Made by a program: the position numbers and the translations under genes. From Fimbriimonadales bacterium (lineage in GTDB: Bacteria; Armatimonadota; Fimbriimonadia; Fimbriimonadales; ATM1), in assembly GCA_041744215.1 (NCBI GenBank), contig JBGTLG010000006.1:96001-160000 (forward strand): a stretch of DNA of 64,000 nucleotides, written 5' to 3'. The notes beneath the pieces were generated by a model, which saw only the letters and a list, made by a program, of their open reading frames with translations, was not told the DNA's origin and did not search any database. This document shows, piece after piece, positions 58,261-64,000 of the stretch (positions are counted from its first letter, which is position 1; every line of letters begins with the position of its first letter).

Positions 58261-58719
58261 TCACTTCGTAGACAGTCCGCTAACGACCTCATTCTTGTGC
58301 GCTGCAAACGCGGCAAGAATCTCTGCCTTCTCTTCTGTCGGCACTTTAAAGCGATCGAGAGTGCGCCCAAGCTGCGCTGCAACTTCGTCGAACTCCTCCG
58401 AGGAAATCGCCAATTTGTGATGCGCATTCTCGAGGCCCAGATTCGTTGCTCCGGGAACCGTTGGCGTGTATGTATAAGGACCACCAGTAATGTCGCAAAC
58501 CCACAAGGTGCGCATAAATTTGAGGCCCGGTAACCTGTCCAAGCTCTCAGTGCTCCACTTTTTAAGGGCCGGATTCTTGGAAGTTCTTCCGACCATCGGA
58601 TTGTCGATGAGGGCGTCGCTAAAGTGGTCGACTACCGCAGATATGGCGTAGACACCGCCAACCCGATCATACAGGCTCTTCTTCGCGACGGTCAACTCCG
58701 CTGTTTGTGTTTCGTTCAT
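58261..58719 (-). CDS. group I truncated hemoglobin
   Basis: SLYDRVGG..AISAVVDHF, TGGPYTY and AH..LAIS.EEFD motifs. Confidence 0.88.
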   Translation of the reverse strand: MNETQTAELTVAKKSLYDRVGGVYAISAVVDHFSDALIDNPMVGRTSKNPALKKWSTESLDRLPGLKFMRTLWVCDITGGPYTYTPTVPGATNLGLENAHHKLAISSEEFDEVAAQLGRTLDRFKVPTEEKAEILAAFAAHKNEVVSGLSTK

Positions 58720-58808
58720 TGTGAGGACTCCTTTCGCTCAGGATAACGGACATGAGCCTCAATCACAAGTCCGCCCATTTGTGTCCGTTAAAGATACAGT
58801 TCGCCGGG

Positions 58809-58922
58809 TGGCCGGGTGATCGCTTCATGATTAGTCCCACCACTCGCAAGCCCGGCAACACGATCACCCGGGGAGCGGGTCATCGCAGCGACCGGGCACC
58901 GGCCAATCTCAACAAGGTTCAG
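58809..58922. repeat. about 115-bp dispersed repeat, copy 2
   Basis: Shares GATCACCCGGG, GTCATCGCAG and CAATCTCAACAAGGT with copy 1; internal 11-bp inverted repeat. Confidence 0.7.
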
Positions 58923-58960
58923 TGACTCAAGGGCGCATCCCCCGTTTTTTTGCTAGGATT

Positions 58961-59144
58961 TAGCGACCGCGCACAAGTGTTTTGCGTTAAAACACTCGTG
59001 TTTAGTCGCTGCGCACAAGTGTTTTGCTCTCAGATACTCGTCTGTAGCGACTGCGCACCCGTGTTTTGCTCTCACATACTTGTCTGCAGCAACCGCGCAC
59101 AAGTGTTTTGCTCTCAGATACTGGTCTGTAGCGACTGCGCACAA
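58961..59144. repeat. 42-bp tandem repeat, about 4.4 copies
   Basis: Consensus TAGCGACTGCGCACAAGTGTTTTGCTCTCAGATACTCGTCTG at 58961, 59003, 59045, 59087 and 59129 (partial). Confidence 0.9.
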
Positions 59145-59305
59145 CCGTCCCGCTCTCGGAGACCTGAACGTGGCACCTTTCCTACGAGCCACCAGGGGCG
59201 GAGTCAGCCGTCAACTGGAAGTGCGCGCCGCTCTCCTCGCACCGAAAATGCCTGCGCTGGCGCTGCAAAAACGCCGTTCGCTGCCTCAACAACAAGCCAC
59301 GGCGC

Positions 59306-59740
59306 CTAGGGATCAGCGTGCAAGCGCTTTTTGCGCATCTTTAGCCCGAGTTCAACCAGCGGCTCTAGGAGCGATGCAAGTACGATGATGATCATTGAGG
59401 CCGAAAAGCAGCCGCCCCAGCTCCAGCCGAAGTACGGGGCAAGAAGCAAAGGGACTAGCCAAATGGTCGCCGAAATCACAAAGAGCTCCACCCAAATGTT
59501 CAGGATCCGAATGATGGGCTCCTGAATGTCCGCCAGGGCTAACGGCACAACCACAGTGCCAAAGCAGTAGGCCAACAGCAGCGCGCTAAGCCATGGAACC
59601 TGGTTGTAACTTTTAATCGCTTCGTGTTCTCGCGGGCCGAAGAGCGCCAACGAAAGCCCACCTGCAGCAAACGCCGTCAGAAAGACGATTGCGGTCAAGA
59701 TAGAACGGAGTCGGGACATCTGTCCGGCCGGGGACGCCAT
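59306..59740 (-). CDS. hypothetical four-TM membrane protein
   Basis: Four hydrophobic segments. Confidence 0.6.
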   Translation of the reverse strand: MASPAGQMSRLRSILTAIVFLTAFAAGGLSLALFGPREHEAIKSYNQVPWLSALLLAYCFGTVVVPLALADIQEPIIRILNIWVELFVISATIWLVPLLLAPYFGWSWGGCFSASMIIIVLASLLEPLVELGLKMRKKRLHADP

Positions 59741-59872
59741 CTCATGTTACGCTCTTCTACGCTCCTGGGTTACGGCGAAGAGTTGCCCCGCCGCTGGCGT
59801 GGCCGCCCTCTGCCGGCCGCGTGTATCCCGCACCAACCCAGCCCTCTGCCCCCGGCCTGGTAGATTGCCGAA

Positions 59873-60634
59873 ATGGTCATCAGCTCGATGCCGATACTTG
59901 CCTCCCGAGACATCCAGGCCAGCCTCAAGTTCTATCAGGAAGTCCTGGGATTCGATTTCGCCTGGGCCTATGGCGAGCCGCCAGATGCCGCCGCCGTTTC
60001 GTTTGGCGACGTCTCGATCATGTTCCTCCTGCAGCCCGACCTCGCGGACAAAATCGCCGGTCACCAGCATTGGATTAAGGTCGACGACGCGGACGCGATG
60101 TACGCGCTCCACTTGGAAAGAGGCGCAAAGATTCTCTCACCGCCTGAAGACAAACCCTGGGGCGGTCGCGAGTACACAGTCGAGGATCCCAGCGGTTATC
60201 ACCTGAGGTTCGCTGGACCGCCATCGAGTGAGGTAAAGCCGTCGGTGGCGTTTCCGGAAGGCGTGATAATCGTGCGCAGGCTGCCGGCCGTCCACGAATA
60301 TGAAGCCGTCGCGGGAAAAGCGTTCAACCAGGAGCGGGTCGCCGGCGACATCCTCGAGCGAACATGGGATGGCGTCGTCGCGCTTTCTCCTGCCGGCGAG
60401 CCGATCGGCGTGCTTCGAATCATGCAAGACGCGCCAGGCTGGTTCAGCATCTGGGACGTGGCGGTGCTGCCGGAATGGCAGGGTCAGCGCATCGGCCAGC
60501 GGCTCATGGAGGAAGCGCTGGAAGCGGTTCGCACCGAGTCGCCCGGCGCGTGGGTATTCCTCTTCACTTACCAGCATGGCTTCTATGAGAAGCTGGGGTT
60601 TGGGAAAGAGACGGTTAGTATGCGGAAGGTTTAG
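59873..60634 (+). CDS. VOC/glyoxalase - GNAT acetyltransferase fusion
   Basis: FYQEVLGF and PEDKPWGGREYTVEDPSG; VAVLPEWQGQRIG and FYEKLGF. Confidence 0.88.
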   Translation: MVISSMPILASRDIQASLKFYQEVLGFDFAWAYGEPPDAAAVSFGDVSIMFLLQPDLADKIAGHQHWIKVDDADAMYALHLERGAKILSPPEDKPWGGREYTVEDPSGYHLRFAGPPSSEVKPSVAFPEGVIIVRRLPAVHEYEAVAGKAFNQERVAGDILERTWDGVVALSPAGEPIGVLRIMQDAPGWFSIWDVAVLPEWQGQRIGQRLMEEALEAVRTESPGAWVFLFTYQHGFYEKLGFGKETVSMRKV

Positions 60635-60893
60635 GGCGCGAGGCGGATGTTGTGTGGTAACACAGCGACAGCGGCGGTGGCGATTCGTAACCTTTCGATT
60701 CCGCCCTGCCGCGCGCTCTGGTTGACATTTAGCGTTCCCAAGGACTTAAGCGACGGAGATGTGGTGCCCGAGCGAGTACGGCGTCGACAGACGAGCCCCG
60801 CACGAAGATGCTACTCTTGAACTTGCGATAACCGCGTTAACAAAGTTAAGCGTGATGAGTCCGATGAGTCCTATGAGGTGGGACTCCCGCAAT

Positions 60894-62129
60894 CTAAGGC
60901 GAGTCAACCTGCTTTCTCCGATATCGCAAGAAGACTTCATGATCGATACGATGCGTTTCCAGGAGTTCGTAACTCTGAACTTCCGCCCTCGATAGCGGCT
61001 CGCCGTCCGCATAAGTAGGAGTGTTTTTGCCGAGCTTGATTTTTGGAGCGATGGTCAAGAACAGCTCGTCAATCAACTCTAATGTCAAGACCTGCGTGTT
61101 CAAGTCGCTGCCGCCTTCGACGAGCAGCCTTTGAACGCCAAACTCGGCGCGAATTTTTTCGAAAGCGACTTTCAGGTCGACGTCTGTCTCTCCAACGCGC
61201 AGCGTTCGAACGCCTTCCGGCACAACTGCGCTCACGGGACAAACGACGATTGCTTTTGAAGGATCGTCGTTGAAGAACTTGCTTTCATAAAGCAACTTGC
61301 CCGATCTGGTAACGACGAAGCGAAGCAAGTGCGGCGGGTATGTAATCTTCGCGGAACTGCGCTGAGAACCTGCGCCGATCATCACTGCATCGGCAGCGTG
61401 TTCGATGGTCCGCATGGTCGCGTGATCGACTTTGCTGCCCAAGTCTTGAACGTCTTCGCCACGTTCACCAGTTACGATCTTGCCGTCGATCGTCGTGACC
61501 ATGTTTATGAAAGTGTACGGACGCTCATCCGGCGCCCGATCAATCGGAAAGTCGAGAGCGTGATACACAACCGAAACCGAATCGACAGGGTCCTGTTGCT
61601 CGCGAAGCGCTTTCTCAATCGCGAGCCACGGCTGTTCTGCGAACACCTGTTCGCCGATCCAGAAGGTGGGCAAGTGCCAAATGCCAGTTTGGTGTGCGGG
61701 TTGATCGAAAGGAATGATCTGATCTGAGTATCGTCGCTCGTTGATCGCGGATTCCAATCCTCCTAAATCCTCGACAACGCCGCGAGCCAGTTCCATCAGA
61801 ACCTCTGTTTGCGAGATGTCCTTTCCAGCCCGCCAGTAAGCGTAGTAAATCCGCTCGACAAAACTGTCCACTTGTCCAAACTGTTTCGCATACTCGACAG
61901 CCTCGAGCGCGCCGTGTCCATCCACCCTCCCGGCGGCAGGCCGGACATACTCAAGCCCCTCCTCAGCGAACGCCAGCTGACTTGGCTTGTCGCGGCCGCC
62001 GGGATGCATCTCATACCCGACCCACTCGACATCGACCCCAAAACGTTCGCGCATCCGCCGCGCCTGAAACATCCCGACCCAGCACCAGGCGCAGGTGAAA
62101 TCGTGGGCAATCCGAACTCGAATTGGCAT
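60894..62129 (-). CDS. DsbA/FrnE-like thioredoxin fold fused to RibD C-terminal reductase domain
   Basis: DFTCAWCWVG...PTF; NMVTTIDGKI, ADAVMIGAG, LLVEGG and DELFLTIAPKI. Confidence 0.82.
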   Translation of the reverse strand: MPIRVRIAHDFTCAWCWVGMFQARRMRERFGVDVEWVGYEMHPGGRDKPSQLAFAEEGLEYVRPAAGRVDGHGALEAVEYAKQFGQVDSFVERIYYAYWRAGKDISQTEVLMELARGVVEDLGGLESAINERRYSDQIIPFDQPAHQTGIWHLPTFWIGEQVFAEQPWLAIEKALREQQDPVDSVSVVYHALDFPIDRAPDERPYTFINMVTTIDGKIVTGERGEDVQDLGSKVDHATMRTIEHAADAVMIGAGSQRSSAKITYPPHLLRFVVTRSGKLLYESKFFNDDPSKAIVVCPVSAVVPEGVRTLRVGETDVDLKVAFEKIRAEFGVQRLLVEGGSDLNTQVLTLELIDELFLTIAPKIKLGKNTPTYADGEPLSRAEVQSYELLETHRIDHEVFLRYRRKQVDSP

Positions 62130-62215
62130 CTACCCCCGATTGTGGCCGACTCCGGCACGGTAAAATGAACACCGCGCGGCAACTACCGAACGCGCACCAG
62201 GAGGTATCCCCAATC

Positions 62216-62731
62216 ATGTTTAGGTACGCGTTCTTTTTCGCGCTGGTCCTCGGGCTCGGCGCGCTGCTTGGGTGTGGCAAAGCCGCCGGAACCGAAGACG
62301 CAACAGATGTTCCCGAAGTCACTCAGCCTGAAGGCGGCGAGAAGAAGCCAGACACGCCTGTCGCATCTTCAGGCAGTCACGTCGGATCGTGGACGTTGGT
62401 TCACAGCGACGAGCTGAAGAAGCAGTTTGCCGACCAGAAAGCATCTGGGCTCCTGCCAAAGGATGCTGCGCTTCCTGAAATGACTTTCACACTCAGCCCG
62501 GACGGGGTCGCTACGATGGGTGCGAAGTTCATGGGGGACGAGTTTGCTGCGAAAGGCACCTACACGGTGGATGGCGAGAAGATCACCATCAAGCAGTCCG
62601 AGGTGCTGAAGAACGGCAAGCCTGATCCGGAAGCGGAATTGGAAGACGTCGTGATCGTCTGGTCCGCCGACAAGACAATGCTCGAGTCGGAGGGCGCGGA
62701 CGAAATGAAGATGCAGTTCAAGAGAGCCTAA
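62216..62731 (+). CDS. hypothetical lipoprotein
   Basis: SD AGGAGG; lipobox LLGC. Confidence 0.75.
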   Translation: MFRYAFFFALVLGLGALLGCGKAAGTEDATDVPEVTQPEGGEKKPDTPVASSGSHVGSWTLVHSDELKKQFADQKASGLLPKDAALPEMTFTLSPDGVATMGAKFMGDEFAAKGTYTVDGEKITIKQSEVLKNGKPDPEAELEDVVIVWSADKTMLESEGADEMKMQFKRA

Positions 62732-63435
62732 CTCAACGGCTTCGATTTGATCTGCGACCAACCCCGGGGGAACTCTCCCGGGGTTTTGCCTTTTTTCAGA
62801 AGGACGGGAAACAGACGTTCCGCACCAAGGGGACTGATGCGAACGGTCTTCAGTTCCGCTAACTGTAAGCCCAACTTCGCGGCAGGAAACTGCGTTATCT
62901 CGTCTCTTTCTTTTGGAGTTCGCATCGGAACAAATCTCCCGCCAACTTTCGCAAAGCCCGCGCTAATCTCGGTGTGAATGGGAAAGGGCGCTATCGCGCG
63001 ACCTGTCACTACGTCGAACGACTCTCGAAGCGCTCGGTCATGCGCCGCTATCTCCGCGCGCGCGCCAACAATCTGAAAGAGCACGGGCAACAACCCAGAG
63101 GGCGCGAATAGGCGCGACATGAAAGCCACTGCTTTGTTGGAAGAATCCAGACAAGTAACTCGAAGATCAGCGCGCGCGATCGCGAGGCATGCGCCGGGGA
63201 ATCCAGGTCCTGACCCGATGTCAATCACGCTCGAACCGTTTGGTATCAAAGGCGAAAGCGCGAGCGAATCAAGAAAGTGACGAGACCAGCACTCGCTCTG
63301 CGGAACGCGTGTTAGGTTCATAACTGCGTTGGCTTCGTAGAGATGTCGCTCGAAAACAGCGAACGCTTCCAATTGCGTTCGAGTGAGAGCTAATCCGAAT
63401 GCTTGCGCGTGTTCTGCGAGCGCGACACCGTCCAT
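62728..63435 (-). CDS. rsmG: 16S rRNA m7G527 methyltransferase
   Basis: MNLT, HFLDSL, DIGSGPGFPG, RAE and FDVVTGRA motifs. Confidence 0.92.
   Translation of the reverse strand: MDGVALAEHAQAFGLALTRTQLEAFAVFERHLYEANAVMNLTRVPQSECWSRHFLDSLALSPLIPNGSSVIDIGSGPGFPGACLAIARADLRVTCLDSSNKAVAFMSRLFAPSGLLPVLFQIVGARAEIAAHDRALRESFDVVTGRAIAPFPIHTEISAGFAKVGGRFVPMRTPKERDEITQFPAAKLGLQLAELKTVRISPLGAERLFPVLLKKGKTPGEFPRGWSQIKSKPLS
62761..62796 (+). terminator. probable terminator of the lipoprotein gene, embedded in the rsmG 3' end
   Basis: ACCCCGGG...CCCGGGGT followed by TTTGCCTTTTTT. Confidence 0.45.
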
Positions 63436-64000
63436 TACGTATTTTCGCTCTGCGGGTTGATGCGATTCATCGCGATGTCGATCCCATTCGACACGATTAG
63501 TTCGCATGCTTCCGCAGCACGCGCAATCGCGTCTCGGATCAGAGGGACTTCGTCCGGATGGAATCGCGACAGAACGTGATCTGTGCCAGCAACGAGAGGG
63601 CTGCCAATTCCAATTCGAACGCGAGGAAACTCCTCCGACCCGACTGACGAGAGGATGCTCTTCATGCCGTTGTGGCTTCCTCCGCCACCCTTCGGCTTGA
63701 TCCGAACGCGCCCTAGTTCTAAGTCCATGTCGTCGTAGATGACGACGATTCGTTCGACCGGCACGTTGAAGTGTCGCATCAAAGTTTTGGTAGATTCTCC
63801 ACTTAGGTTCATGTATGTCATGGGGCGGATCAACGCCACAGGCACTTCACCCATGCTGCCGATCCCATAGTGTGCTCGGAACCGCCTTTGGTCGAGTTTT
63901 ATCTTGTGGTTTGCCGCAAGTTCCCGAATCACCTCGAAGCCGACGTTATGCCGAGTGCCGTCGTATTCACCGCCTGGATTTCCCAATCCGACAAGCAGCC
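63435..64000 (-). CDS. pth: peptidyl-tRNA hydrolase (5' end outside the window)
   Basis: LVGLGNPG..Y..TRHNVGF, TYMNLSG, HNG and RVRIGIG motifs. Confidence 0.95.
   Translation of the reverse strand, partial: LLVGLGNPGGEYDGTRHNVGFEVIRELAANHKIKLDQRRFRAHYGIGSMGEVPVALIRPMTYMNLSGESTKTLMRHFNVPVERIVVIYDDMDLELGRVRIKPKGGGGSHNGMKSILSSVGSEEFPRVRIGIGSPLVAGTDHVLSRFHPDEVPLIRDAIARAAEACELIVSNGIDIAMNRINPQSENT

Noticed and set aside
58961-59144. CRISPR array
   Set aside because: Units are contiguous near-identical 42-mers with no unique spacers, and there are no cas genes in the window.
42734-60700. Prophage or integrative element at tRNA-Glu
   Set aside because: No integrase, transposase, phage gene or attR duplication was found by eye.
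60746-61012. ORFs 60746-61012 (-) and 60759-60995 (+)
   Set aside because: They overlap the DsbA-RibD gene end and have no recognisable motif or translation signal.

Overview
GC-rich bacterial chromosomal window. The gene set and style suggest Armatimonadota (Fimbriimonadia-like), which is an inference and not verified. Positions 1 to about 42.7 kb look like core genome: msrB, a sigma28 (fliA) operon, a PrsA/SurA foldase, GH172, mnmE, pstSCA, hisN-ruvX-mltG-yqeG-DPPR synthase-gtrA-aroE, a triple amidohydrolase, Fur/Zur, a GAF-PAS kinase with a sigma54 activator, ECF sigma-RseA-RseB-PBP1A-PBP2, an O-antigen ligase with GT2s, and an SH3-NlpC/P60 hydrolase. Then come tRNA-Glu(TTC), a compositionally mosaic accessory stretch (about 43-61 kb, no integrase seen), and rsmG and pth. 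The best candidate for an undescribed system is a set of three intergenic small-RNA-like units (505-659, 8561-8683, 8706-8860). Each has an ECF-type promoter (GGAAC-N18-GTY), CU-rich anti-Shine-Dalgarno motifs in single-stranded or loop positions, and an intrinsic terminator. One has an 11-nt perfect complement just upstream of fliA, and many other genes in the window look leaderless. Other notable items: a sigma54 activator with no HTH, a Cys-less DUF5679/CC1-like basic protein, a probable CTG start, a homopolymer frameshift, and two unexplained repeat structures. All assignments come from reading motifs by eye; no database searches were run.
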